Assembly: GCA_002189035.1 (NCBI GenBank)
Contig: NEEC01000004.1
Span: forward strand, 2,480,001-2,544,000
Reading direction: 5' to 3'
From: Utricularia gibba
Lineage: Eukaryota > Plantae > Magnoliophyta
DNA: 64,000 bases
Below, in pieces: positions 36,032 to 51,166 of the stretch. The position numbers and the translations under genes are program-made. Position 1 is the stretch's first letter; every line of letters starts with the position of its first letter. A model generated the notes under the pieces. That model saw nothing but the letters and a program-made list of their open reading frames with translations. It was not told the origin of the DNA and did no database searches.

Positions 36032-36599
36032 ACACTCCCGTGACCCAAAGGATGCTCGCACATATCAGAATGGCTGCCCAGCCCACTTAGGATTAATAAA
36101 GAAGAAGAAGAAGACAGTCAACTAGCTTGTGCTGAAATACTCATTTTGTATTAGCTTTGATGGGTATTTCTCAACTTAAATAATCATAGCTATACTTGTC
36201 TCTTATCCGCTGCCACGAGTTTTTTTTTTTCATGCAATAAAAAATAGGGAAGTGTTTTATTGTGATGATGATAAGACTTGGTGGTAAACATGGAGTTTTC
36301 GCGTGTGCGTGTTTGAATGCGCTTCTCCAGATAGGCTGCGCGCTGCTGTGGGGCGCCAGGGCAATGGCAAGCCTTATCCTATCTGATCGGATAACGCGAT
36401 GGCGAACGCTTTCACATACTTTTGAGAGCATGGAATTGGAAACTTCCCGCACCAGACTTGTCTTCTGCTCTGTTTTGACCGGCAAACGACTCCTCTTTTC
36501 TTTCCTTATAAAACCCCCCCTGCCTCTCTCTTGCCTTTCAATACCAGAAGCAAAGAATCCATTCATCCACAAGGCATCCTTTCCCTTCCATTTCTCACA

Positions 36600-38162
36600 A
36601 TGAAAACCCCTTCTGAACCAAAACTCATTACCATCCTCAGCGTCGATGGAGGCGGTATCCGCGGAATCATCCCGGCGACCATCCTCGAATTCCTCGAATC
36701 CCAACTGCAGAAGCTGGATGGGGAAGACGCGAGGCTGGCAGATTATTTCGACGTCATAGCCGGGACCAGCACCGGCGGTCTGATTGCAGCCATGCTTACA
36801 GCTCCGGGGGAAAACAACCGTCCTCTGTTTGCCGCTAAGGATATCAAGCCGTTTTATCTTGAGAATTGCCCCAAGATTTTTCCTCAGACATGGTAAATGC
36901 TGCCCCTGATGATGAGGATGACTATCTCTTGAGATTTTCCTGTCGTCGTCTTAACTCTGATGGGTGGAATGTTGTGATTGCAGTGGCTTCATTGGCACCC
37001 TGAAATCTTTGGTCGGTCCCAAGTACGACGGCAAGTACCTGCACGACATCGTGAGGAAAAACCTTGGAAACACACGGTTGCATGAGACATTAACCAACCT
37101 CGTCGTCCCGACTTTCGATATCAAGACTCGGCAGCCCACCATCTTTTCCTCATTCGCGGTTGGTTCATTATGCAATTTTACTTTTTTTTTTATTAGAAGA
37201 GTATACTCAACTTAGGCATTTTTATAAACTAATCGCCAGAGCCGTGGTGTGGATGCGGACCTTGCTGATATATGCATAGCGACATCCGCCGCCCCGACAT
37301 ATTTTCCGGCACACTACTTCTACACTAAGGACAGTGAAGGACGCCGGCGCGAGTTCAATCTTGTGGATGGTGGTGTTGCTGCAAACAATCCGGTACTTTA
37401 CAGCGAAAAAAAAAAAAGACTATTTCACTGATAAGAATTCGAACTCTGAGCCTCACACAGAAGTGTTTTTGGTTCAGGCATTGATCGCAATCAACGAAGT
37501 TTCGTCGCAGATCTTGAACTCCAACCCAAATTTCTTCCCGGTGAAGCCGATGGAGATGACGCGATTCCTAGTGATCTCCATAGGCACCGGTTCGGCAAAA
37601 CAATACAGCCATCTGAGCGCGAAGAAAGCGGCAAGATGGGGTGTTTTGGGATGGCTGCTCCCTTTGTTCGACGTGTTCACTACGGCCAGTGCAGACATGA
37701 TCGATCTTCAGATTTCGGTGGTGTTTGAAGCCTTCTATTCGCAGCAGAACTACTTGAGAATCCAGGTGAGTTGTACAGATGAGATGAGGACTAAAAGTGG
37801 AAGCAATGCCTTTTTAGTTAACTGGAATCAACATCATTGAATCTGTTTCAGGAGGATGATCTGAGAGGAGCGGAAGCATCAGTTGATCAAGCGACCGAGA
37901 AGAATCTGAACAGACTGGTGGAAATCGGGGAGAGTTTGCTGAAGAAGCCGGTTTCAAGAGTCAATATGGCGAATGATGTGTTTGAGCCGCTCGATGATTC
38001 TGGCACAAACGAGGATGCTCTCATAAAGTAGGCCATTTTTCATTTCACTCGACACTTGACTTTTTCCATTACGAGCAGCACTCAACATTTGCTCATATCG
38101 GTGACAGGTTTGCCAAATTACTCTCTGAGGAGAGGAGGACCCGGAAGAGCGGCCTGGTGTGA
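36600..38162 (+). CDS. PLP: Patatin-like phospholipase A (pPLAII group); 6 exons 36600-36892, 36984-37158, 37240-37392, 37478-37765, 37852-38027, 38108-38162
   Basis: DGGGIRG oxyanion motif, GTSTG catalytic Ser, [16 protein letters not shown] catalytic Asp; GT-AG introns in consistent phases. Confidence 0.95.
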
Positions 38163-39653
38163 TGCAGTTTGACCCCCGAGCCCGCAAAAAGATCCTCGTT
38201 GTGTCCTCTAGCAACTGCTGTGGACTGGGGGACATCAGTCTCATTTGTTGATTCATTTTTATCATCTGGTCATGTAAAAGTCTGCTTGTTTTTATGCATT
38301 ACTTGTTGTCTCTTTCGTTTATGTTGCATAGTGAAAACCAGATATGCTTCGGAAGAGGAGCAAATTTGAACCCATTGCCCCAACTATTCCATGTGATGTT
38401 GCTGTTAACCGCTTTTGTTTGTTGCACCAAACCGGTTGATAAATTCAAATTTAATAAGGAAAATAAAATGGAATAATATATATCAGTTGATATATTCCTC
38501 CATTTGGCCTTCGGTTATAACGTAACCTTTGAGTTTGTATTGAAATAATTCCTAATTTGGATTGAATATTGAATTCACTAAAGCCTTGATAAGTACATCA
38601 GCAAGTTGTCATTTTGTAGGTATACGATTTGGTTCCAGAAAACCTGCTAAATACCTTTCTTGCACAAAATGACAATCTATATCTAAATATTTGGTTCTAC
38701 TCCTTTTTAGCCTTCCAAAATATCAAGTTATTTCTAAGGAATTTGCAGAATCCTGTAAATAACTTTTGGGTAGGGGAACAAATTCCCCAACCAAGAGTCC
38801 CAATATGCATATATATATATATATAATTGAATTCCTACTTAGACATTATAAATCAAACCATGATGCATAGTTTATTGAAAATAACCAAGAATCCAATGGG
38901 GAGCTTGGCATTAATGATCCTCAATATTTATAAAAATTGCAACAATGATTCCTCAGTTTTAAGACAGTAACAACATTGATGTCCACTTTTTCAATATAAT
39001 GACAAAATTGGTACTTAATATTTTAAACATTACTCCCCAGCATTTTAATATTCACCAATGTGACATAAATAATTTGCATTATTAATCCTAAAATCACTCA
39101 AAAACTTGGAAAAATTAATCTCTAACTAAACGTGTCTAGTTTTTTTTAATAATTGGAGACAAATTTTGCTTAGTGTTCAAATAATGAACATGAACTTTGA
39201 GGACTAATAATGCGGATACATTAACTTTTGGGAATTAATTTGTTAATGAAAAACAATTATGCAATTTATATTAAAAACTAGAGACTACTTTTGTTAAAAG
39301 TTTGGGGGTTTTTCATGCAATTTCCTCGAACCCGGTGTAATGTAGTCCAATGTAACGAACTTGATTCTTGAACAAATTGATTATGCTGTTCTTCAATGCA
39401 AAATGATGTGTAAAATTAAAATACAACTTACCAATGAGTCTTCTATAGTCACCAAGGTATACAGCTGAAAAATCATTCTTCATTGCAAAATGATGGTATT
39501 TTGTCAATGATGTGTTACTAGTACGGCATTTTGTTGTGAGCAAACCTTCAAGATCATGTTAGAAAAAAAATAATACGAAAAACAAAATCAAATATCAACA
39601 AACATTATACATGAAAGTGCTTCTGTAAACAAGACTTCACCTTAAATAGTAGC

Positions 39654-39808
39654 ACATGCAGGATTTGACCGGAGGGGGGGGGTGATAAAATAATTACATA
39701 TGACAATAAAATTAAAATATGAATAAAATTTAAAAATAAAGTTAACCTATAAACTTTTTTTTAGAAAAATACCACCATTTAATCCCCCCCCCCCCGGGTC
39801 CGCCCCTG
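39654..39808. mobile_element. Small MITE-like element with G-run and C-run subtermini
   Basis: The right end reads C12-GGGTCCGCCCCTG and the left end is a decayed counterpart with a G9 run. No TSD found. Confidence 0.4.
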
Positions 39809-39840
39809 ACCGTAAATCTTTAGTTATAAATATTTATAAC

Positions 39841-40092
39841 CACATAATTAACTCTAACATATGAAAAATGATGAAAGATAAAAGCACACGAGAAAATGAA
39901 GTGCACATAATTAATTCTGATATATGAAAAATGATGAAAGACAAAAACAAATAAGGAAATGAAATGCACATAATTAACTATGACGTATGAAAAATGATGA
40001 AAGATAAAAGCAAATGAAAAAATGATGTGCATATAATTAACTCTGATGTAGGAAAAATAATGAAAGACAAGAACAAATGATAAAATAAAATG
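39841..40092. repeat. 63-bp tandem repeat, 4 copies
   Basis: Units start exactly at 39841, 39904, 39967 and 40030 (CA(C/T)ATAATTAA...GAAAAAT(G/A)ATGAAAGA...). Confidence 0.92.
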
Positions 40093-40550
40093 CTATACTC
40101 GATTCTAAAACTTAAATGATAATTTGAAAACTCTGAGACTCTCAAAAAACTTGATACTCTAATCTTTTTATAAAAAGTAAGACTTTGTTGAGTTTTATTA
40201 ATGAGTTTTGTATATCTTCTATTTAAATCAAATTTTTCAAGATTATATTCAAATACTTTATCTAATTTTTGAATCATAGAATTAATCTTTATTTTTTAAT
40301 CTTTTTTTGGATTCAATTTTGATCTTTAATAGACCATCCCCATTTGGACCATAATTTTTTCGACAATTTGAGTCAAAATCATCTTAGAAATCACAAAATT
40401 AAAATTAGTTTAACATATATAAAAATTATTTTAAAAATGAAAAATATAAAACAATCCAAAACAATAAATATAAGTAACAAAAATTTATTTATCAACTAAA
40501 TTACCTTATATAACTTTTTTTATTATACAGTTAGTGATTTTTATCAATCG

Positions 40551-41970
40551 TGATAACACACGAATTTTTCTATTATTAAAGTAAGAAAATTATACTTTTG
40601 AATAATGTTTTAAGTGTTTATCTTATAGTTTTTAGTATTTTTTTCAAATTTTAGGACATAATGTGATTTTATGTATTAATGGGCTAAATCCTTTGATTTA
40701 GCATATCCTATGTTATTAACATTTTGTCTAGTCCAACAGCAAAGTTTTAAAATTAGGGAGGAGACATGAATTTCGTGCATGCAGAGATTTGGAAGAATGT
40801 ACAACATTAAAAGAGGAGACATAATATACTGTTCAGCCGTTCACAATTTGCAGGTTTAGGCCAGGAACAGTACAGAAGTCAGGAACAGTAGACTGATTTT
40901 GAAAAATGAAAAAAAGATGTGAAGATATTTTTGGAGAAGAGGATAGAGAGAAGGTAACAAGCAGGCAGCTGGGGCGGGGGGAGCACGGAGAGCACTCGAG
41001 GGGGCTTCTCCTCCAACTCCAACACTAAGAACACAAACCAGGGGAGAAGAAGAAGGACTTCACCCTCAAGAACAATATTAGGACCTAGTCCAACGCTACT
41101 GCTCCGACCATGGAACAGTAGCAGACGGAAAACTGAATTCTTACTACTTTACTTTATTTTGTTGATGTTTTTCAGTTTCTGCACGCAACTCTTTCACAAT
41201 GTTCTTGACATTTTCGTTGTTTTATGTTAATGCTATCATGCTTAACCTTCAAAGTATGAGTAGTTAAAACTCTAGGGATGTCTTAAGGAGAAGCATAGTG
41301 ATGTGAGTCTAGGAGTCTTAGTAAAATTCATTATTGTTTCTTAATTGTTGTTTCTATCATTCCATGGATAGACTTAAGGAGAAGAACAAGTAACTTCGCA
41401 ACTAAGAAATTTGGTTTATAGGTAGACCAACATATCAAGATGGGCGCAGTAGGTGTTAGTACGGGGTAGAACCAGTAGAATTGGATATACCTAGTTCTAT
41501 ACACTTTGCATACGGGTAGACCTAATTGTAAGGTTGGTGATGATATTGGAGACTAGCTTAGCTGAAAAATATGACAAATAACCTGGGTAGACCTAGGTGA
41601 TTTGAAGTTGTGAGTGTAGGAACATGCTAATTTAATTTAGACATTTTAGCACCACACCACTTGTAGACCCTTAAAGCATCATCGTATTATTCTGAGTTAG
41701 AACGAGTACTTGTTACCTTTTACATTTAAACTTGATTTCGTTTACTGAACTTACCAGCCACTGCTATTCCGAGTTTAGACTAAGACCACTGTTATTCCAA
41801 AATTTTGCATCTGCTGAAACACGTAGCAAGCACAAGCTCTTCGTGATCGATCCTAACATTCACTTTACAAGTTTTCTAAATTTGTATTTTGTGTAGATTA
41901 GGGATTATAAATTTATTTGATAACGAAATTTGTATTTTTGCAACGACATTAAGGAAATTTCCGTTTATCA
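40551..41970 (+). mobile_element. Athila-type solo LTR (family A, 1420 bp)
   Basis: TGATAACAC...CCGTTTATCA ends, near-TSD AATCG/AGTCG, and homology to 5370-7104. Confidence 0.85.
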
Positions 41971-42973
41971 AGTCGTAAACCTTTTGCAAGAATTCTCACG
42001 CGAAAAAAATGTTTGCATACAAGATCGCTAATATTTATAAATTATGAAAATGAAACTAATATGATCATATACAAGACGACAAGGTGAAACGGATGAGTTG
42101 TTGAGATCCTTGACTTGAGCAGGAGGAGGAAACGTGGGGAAAATAAGAAAGGATTGGAGAAAACTAGATTGCGATCTCTCACTCACTTTACTTCAAGTAA
42201 GAAGGATGAACCACAAACCTACTCCCTTCATCATCAATACAATAAATGGACTAAATCCTGGCCAAGTAACATCCAACCTTCCACAATTCAAAGTATGTTG
42301 ACAAGGCGTCTACCAATTTCCAAACATGAATTATGAAGAACTCGATGTGGGGGTTCGTCTTCCAACTAATTCAACCTCCAATCACTCTCACATCCAAACA
42401 TAAATGATTCAATCTTCTTTAATCATCATATTAATTGTGTTTTAAAATTATTAAGAACTATAATTTTTTTTTTCTAAAATCTAATTGCATTTCTTTTTTT
42501 TTTTTTACTGAAAACATAGATTCAAACCTATGATCTAATTTTAGAAAACATGGTGCTCAAACTCTTTATTGGGACTTTTTGATTCAGAACTTGAAGATCT
42601 TAAGGCTAATTAGGCTTAAGACAAAAAAGTCTGATGGGATTAAGGTTAAAATTAGTCCGACATATTTTCATATTTTTTAAATATAAAAATTAAACATTAT
42701 TTATAATTATCTATATATATTTATTTATTTTTAGATGATTTTATTTAATTTATATAACTCACATTATATTCTTTATAAATAATGAAAAATAATAATATTT
42801 TTTTATTAATTTATAATTTAAATAACTAATTTACGAAATATTTTTTAAAAAAATGTTAGACCGATGGGTCAGGTAGTACTGACTGAGTCATGAATTTAAA
42901 GTTTTATAAGATTGGGGTTCAACCTGATCCGAGCTCAAAATTGCATGGGAGCGCTTAATGTTAGGTGCTGCTC

Positions 42974-42994
42974 GGCCCAGCAAGGCCCGGCCCA
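42974..42994. promoter_or_regulatory. Site II / TGGGC-type motifs ~200 bp upstream of RPN11
   Basis: GGCCCAGCAAGGCCCGGCCCA contains TGGGCC twice on the minus strand. Confidence 0.5.
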
Positions 42995-43194
42995 ACTTTC
43001 ATATCTAACTGCATCGTCTCTAATACATATTTTGAAGATAAAAATATTGAAATCAAAGGTGATTGTGAATTGATTTTGATTTTCAATTTATTAAATAAAG
43101 AATTCTACCCTTAAAAAACTAGCTGCCGTGTCTCCCAAGAACGGGCTCTCGTATTTGGTGAAGGAAAGTGTGGGAAGGAGGGAAAAGAATTACA

Positions 43195-44898
<1,704 letters not shown>

Positions 44899-45941
44899 TT
44901 TAAGCATATCAACTTCCCACCTAAGGAGCAAGCATATCATGACGTTTGATAAGCTTTGCTTTTTTTTTTTCCTGATTGTTTTACATGCCCGTTGCATCTT
45001 CACGCGATTTGTTTGGAACTCAGTGTCTAGTGACTATAATTCCAATTGACATGATATGGTTATCTTCTGAGTTGTACCAGCTTCCATGTCATTATTGAAG
45101 CGATTGAATTGCAGGTATGAAGGAACATGCTATCCTTCCCATAACAATTGTGAATAGGCATTTTGATGTTTGATGGTGGATGGGATGCGTTTCATTTGAT
45201 TATTATGTGAATACTAACTAGCCACTTCACAATGCACACATGGACATCAATTAGCCTAATGCTGTTATTCCACCGGACCTGGTTGCTCAGTTGTAAACCC
45301 CTCTGTTAAAATGCGCTGTAGCAGCTCTCAAGCGAGGACTGGGACCCTCTTTCTCATTCATCATGTTAAGATTTATTGGATCAAGCTTTGGGTGAGTGCT
45401 TGTATTTTCTTGCAAGATCTTCTGAAATGTCATTGACAGTTAGAAGAAACCAAAGCAGCACCACATCAATTGCTGCGTGGGCTGAGGCTGCGAGGACAAG
45501 AGTAACCAAATCGGCCAGGCCAGAGCCCCCAAAGCATTTCGAGTGTCGTATTAATTCGCACACCAGCGAACTCGCAATCTCGCTGCAAAAACACAAATTC
45601 AAAAATTCACCACTGCTCTATTCATCATATAAGTCTAATCTCTTCTCCCTTTTATTCTCTCTTTTCTTAATTTCTTTTTTAATTATACATTATATATAAT
45701 TATATTTATAAATATTCATATATTTGTATTATATTTTTGACTGTATATTATAATTATAAAATTATGAAAAAATAATTAAGAAAATCACATTATTTTGTAA
45801 ATTTACCAAAATAAAAAATTTAAAACTTAAATTAGCATTGAATTTATTGTAATCAATCAACACAAACTTTAAAAATATTTTTTTATTAAAGATAATGAAT
45901 ATGACGATATACCACATTGATTACGAACAAGGAAGATGTAC

Positions 45942-47058
45942 TGATGGTAATTTTATAAATGTACAGAAACTATTCGAAGTAATAAAAAAAATTGTATCCA
46001 AAGAGAATTGTTATTGGAATTTACTTTTCAAAACAATGACTCAAAAATCGAAAACAAAGTGAAAGATTAGTTTTAAAACTATAAAAAAAATGACTTTAGA
46101 TTTAGGATCCACTTTATTTAAAACTCGTCCTTATGTATATGTGTAAACATTGAGGAGTAACCGACTTGCGCAAACTTTAGTGCTATTTGATAATCGTTAT
46201 AGTAATGTCCCTTGTTTAGTGAGATTATGAAATCAACTACGCTATTAGAGCCATTTCATTTCTTATGATAGCTCATGTTTTTCCCACACCCAAATTTAAT
46301 TCCCACACCTTTCACGTCGCAGATATATTAGATAGAATATGTCTTACCAATGCTGTCTGATTGGATCCTTCTCCTTAGCTATTTGAGGCCAACATTTAAT
46401 TCTCCTATAGTCATTTAGAGTTATATGGTACTAAAAATTACGTTGGTAAAGAAAAAGTTGTGAAAAACATAATCAAACCTCAAATTAAATATTGAAGAAC
46501 ATAATAAGACAGTCACACGTGCAGGACTTGCACAAACACTTCATTGTAGACTCTTTGCCGCAAGCACTCATACTCACATGCTCGACTCTAAAACACGAAA
46601 ATAGGAGACATACAAAGGAAAAGTGATCCAAAATGTCTCTAATGGTTGAGAGAGTGAAATATTTATAGGAGAACATATTCAAGTTTTTGCATTAGATTTG
46701 CTTGATGAGCTTGAATAAAATCTTCTATCTAAATCTTTTATCTAAATATTCTAATATCATCTTCAAATCTTTATCTTATTCATGATTCTTTCACCAAATC
46801 TTCATCCTTTGATTGAGTTTGGGTTGAGATTCATGCGACATCATGTCCATAATTTGTTGAGTCTTTATTTCTCCTCAAATTGATCCAAAAATACTTAAAA
46901 AAATCCACAAAATATACTTTCTCTCCAAAAAAATTAAAGGAATATGAAAGACGTAAAATCAATTGAAAATAATGAAAAAGTAGGGTGTAAGTTAAATAGA
47001 AACAACACTTAAGAGTAATGAAAGAATATGTTTTAAAACGACACAAAATCATTTATCA
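45942..47058 (-). mobile_element. Athila family D LTR without internal domain or matching TSD
   Basis: Full-length alignment to family D with TGAT/ATCA ends. The flanks TGTAC and ATGAT do not match, and no PBS or PPT is adjacent. Confidence 0.85.
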
Positions 47059-48515
47059 ATGATGAACTTAAATAGAGAAGACTTCCTAATCTTGTATAAG
47101 GTATTTTTTCTCTGAAGGAAAAAAACATAAAATCATGACAGATTGATGTCAAAAACCGACAATATCGTGCAAGAAAAGGGTAAGCCATTACCTTTAATAT
47201 CAGAGCTAAACTTGGAAACTTGTCAATGATAGGATAAGATGATATTTAGTGAGTACACTGAGTGTCTTATCTTTTGAAAATCATCATTAACTGTCATGGG
47301 AAATTATTCACCCCATGTTGGAGACAACATCTGAGCAACAGCCAATGAGAGCTAGAATTCAAGTTAAAAAGAAAAATGCTCAATGATTATAGTTTGTTTC
47401 AGGAAGCAACCGAGAGTTGTAGGAAAAGAAATATAAAAGAAATATCATTTTGTAATAGAGGGAACTATTGGAAAGAAAACCTATAGCTTTGTTTCTTAAG
47501 AGCTCAACATAGCTCCTAAGAAATCTTCGGTGTGTAAACCCAGTTCATCTGGGCTTTTGTCTTCAACCCCTTTTAATGTGCGAATGCAAGGACCTGTTAC
47601 TCATTTGCAAACTTTTGCTCGTCAAAATTTGGTATCAGAGCAGAGTCCTATGGTTTGTGTCATGGAGGAATCTAAACTGAAGGAGTTACTTAAGTTCATG
47701 CATCTGGAAATTTAGGATGAGCTTCATCAGGAGATGCAAACACCGGCATTGGAAACACGCTCAAGAAGCAATAGAGGAAACCTCAAATATCAATAGAATA
47801 CAAAAGGACGAATCTCACTATTCGACTCAAAGGATAGGAATCGGAACTCTTTGACTAGAGATCCCTAAATACGACGGCGCCACTGAACCATTAAGATGGA
47901 TCAATCGTTGCAAGCAAGCATTCAAGTATCATAAAACTCCAAAGGAAATCAATGTTGCAGTTGTGACTGCATAGTTGAAGGGCTCTACAGAAGACTGATT
48001 CATCTAGATCTAGGATAAATATTTTGAGCTAACTTGGTCACTCACCACAAGTAAAACTATGACCTTGAAACGGTTATCACAAAAGGAATTTGAGGAGCGA
48101 AAGCCGAAAAATTTGTGCTTCCATTGCGATGAAATTTTTTTCCATAGACATAAATGTAAGAAATTATTTTTGATCGAGTTCTTTGATGAGCAGGATGAAG
48201 TTGAGGAGGAAAGGGAAGTTCATATTTCAATCAATTCTATTACCGGTAGCTTGGACCAACCAAGCAAAGAGCAACTTACTTTGGTAAAAGTGAAATTGTC
48301 AAGTCAAGAATACTCTTGCACAAGAAATTGCTCAATAATTCAGATCTCATTGTTACTCCGAGGAAAAGATTGAGGGCTTTTGTGCCTCATGGAGATTCAA
48401 TCAGTTGCCCTGGGTATTGTGATCAAGTTGACATCAGTGTGGGATCTTATGTATGCATGCAGACATTATATGTGTTTCTACTAGATAATTTTGATGAGAT
48501 TCTTGGTTATGATTG

Positions 48516-49020
48516 TGTTACGTGTCGTTTTCTCAACAAATTTTAAATATATAAAACGTAAAACACAAAAGAACATAGTACGAGTATTGATATCAGGGAG
48601 TTGAGTATTGCGAAAAGTGTTTTGTAGGAAGCTTTCACAAATTGTCACATATTTGTAAAATGAGGTTTTTGAAATGTAGAAATAAAAGTTATAACCTAAG
48701 TGATGGACCTTGACTAAGGTTGCAATTCCTGGGAAGTGGACTCCGTTTCCTCCTTTTGTCTATCCTAACCTCGGTTTTCACTGATTCCTTCAGAATGGCT
48801 AGTTATAGGAGCAAGGAATAATCTGATTGACAAGGAGACACGGTAATAGCCTCATGTGATTTCCCCTTGGACAATTAAGAAGATAAGAGGATTGTTGTCG
48901 ATTGCCTTCAAAACCAAATTGTGTGTGTGCACAGCTGTCGCCAATGATCAGTGGCGAGTACGAGGTCACTACCCGTCCATTGTCGCGGTGCCTCGGCCAC
49001 AAACAATTCGCTACTTCCCT
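48516..49020 (-). mobile_element. 3' half of a family B LTR, inserted in the chromovirus protease; a further ~95 bp of family B lies at 51167-51265
   Basis: The reverse complement aligns to 6336-6847 and ends ...GAAAACGACACGTAACA at 48516. Confidence 0.8.
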
Positions 49021-51166
49021 CAAATTGGTTATGACTATGATACTTGTTTACTTGGGGACAACCTGTACAGGGCTAACCCATTCACTATCAGAAATATGAT
49101 AGATTATACCCATTCACTATCAAAAATACTTCCTATGACCACTTCAATCATAGGAAGGTTCAATCTCCTTTTGATTTGACGAATTGGCTTGGTTCTCTCC
49201 TCCAAATAGATACGACGAGTGCATATGGAGGGGCTTATTCCTTTGATATCTGTCAATGTCCACCCATCCTAGAGCACACTTTTGAGTTTTTCCTCTTGTT
49301 CCAGTGTTAGTATACAAGAGATAATAGTAGGTAAAGTCTCATTTTTTCCTAGAAATAAATACTTCAAATGTTCGGGCAGTGTTTTTAACTCAAGTAATGG
49401 GGCACGAATAATAGAAGGAATCAGCTGTTTTTCAGGCATTTCCAAGCTCAGAAAAGTGACGTCAAAAAATTCAGATTTTTTTAGGAAAATATTCAAGATA
49501 ACTTAAAAGTTCGAAATCAGGAAAAGAAATACGATTAGAAGCAAAGTTTTCAGTAAGGCATGTGAGCAAGGAATCTTGCTCATGAACCATCGCTAAGTGT
49601 TCTACATTTGCGTCAGATGTAGAGATCGAACAAATCTCATTAATCTGAGTCCAAATATTGTATGGCTTTGTCCACGCTGAAGTCCAACACCTGTCTATTG
49701 TAGGGAGATTGTGCCGGCTTGGACATCAATTTTGATGTCTGTAGTAGCCATAAACAGTCATCCCAAAATAATGGACTCCGAAATCGTGAAATTTTTACTC
49801 TCCATGAGAATAACTAAAAAGTCAGTAGGAAAAATTAAATCTTTAACAAGGACAAATACGTCATCGACTCTACCATCAGACTTCACATGTGATCTATCGG
49901 CTAATTGAAAAACAACACTAGTAGGCTTAAGTTTACCTAGCTTAGATGTAAGAGAAAGATAAAGGGATCTAGGCATAACATTAACCGATACTCCTAAATC
50001 ACACATGGAAACTGAAATTTTTGTCTCGCCAATAGTAACAGGTATGGAAAACATACCTGGATCCTTACATTTTAGTGGAAGACTTCTCTGAATAATTGCT
50101 GAAATATTTTCAGTCAAGCGAATTACCTCTTCCACTTTTGCCTTCTTCTTGAGGTCACACAAGTCCTTCAACATTTTTGCATATTTGGGCACTTGATCTA
50201 TCATGTCCAGTAAAGGGGATGTTCACGTTGACCTTCTTCATCACCTCTATGAATTCTTTTAGTCCACGTTTGTCCTTACTCTTCCTTCCAAGTTTCATAG
50301 GAAAATGAGGTGGAATGACTAGAGACTTGGGTTGATCAACTTCTTGTGTCTCCTTCTCCTTCACTTCTTCAGGTGGCGTCAGTACAACAACGTTATGGAC
50401 TAGAGAACCATCATGATTCTCTAAAATAATCTCCTCATCCACATCATCATCGATGTCTAAGACTTCTAATAATTTTTCTTTAGATCTGTCCACCTTAGTC
50501 AGGATCCATGGGTAAGGTTCTGGAAGATCCTTCCCACTTCTTAAAGATATTGCATTGATGTGCTCTAGGTTCTTCACTGGTTGGGATGGCAGTACTCCTT
50601 GCATCTCCAGTCGGTTCATGGCTTGCACTAGCTGGGTGATTTGGGTTTGCATGCTTGTAATTTATCTATCCATATCTTTTTGAGTGGCATGCATCTTGAT
50701 GGTACTTTCGGCAAGAGACTTCACCATGGACTCCAGATTATGATTTGACTGATAAGGAACAAAAGGTTAATCTGTAACTCCAATGATTTGTAAGGGTTGA
50801 GGTGGAGCAATGAGAGTTTTCTAAGGATAGAGGATGGTGATAGTCCATACTGCCACTCCAAGGCTTGCTCAGTTAGACTAAAAGGGAAGACTCGCAGCTT
50901 GACTTGGTTCTCCATTGCATCTTTTGCATGCATGAATGCACAAAAAATGTAGGCGATTGAGCTGTCATTTCTTCGTCGGTAGATGAACTATAAATTACTT
51001 CTCTCTTTTTCACAAATAATGTGCGCTCAATCTCCAGATCTAAGGAGCACAAGATTTCTTGGTATGATCTCAAGCTTCGATGACCCTTCAGTGGAGTTAA
51101 ATGCATAAAAACAAAGAAAAACAGAAACAAAAGAAAAACAAGAAGAAAGGAAGAAAAAGAAAAGAA
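49021..51166 (-). mobile_element. Athila 5'UTR-gag-protease-RT start fragment
   Basis: VKLRVFPFSL, INAISLRSGKDL, KCKDPGMFSIP, MCDLGVSVNVMP, ELKTLPEHLKYLFLG and SDSEWVSPVQVVPK; stops and deletions throughout. Confidence 0.92.

Noticed and set aside
36904-36964. Box C (ATGATGA, 36909) and box D (CTGA, 36957) with a CCC/GGG stem in patatin intron 1, resembling a C/D snoRNA
   Set aside because: Only ~60 nt long, no convincing D'/C' boxes, no rRNA complementarity I could recognise, and an atypical host gene. Likely chance; a snoscan/Rfam search would settle it.
39841-40092. Regularly spaced repeats as a CRISPR-like array
   Set aside because: Contiguous tandem units without unique spacers, in a eukaryotic nuclear context.
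45381-45602. Minus-strand 73-aa ORF with a hydrophobic stretch (GLADLVTLVLAASAHAAIDVVLLWFL) downstream of RPN11
   Set aside because: Short, with a non-ATG start in the track and no recognisable family or splice context.
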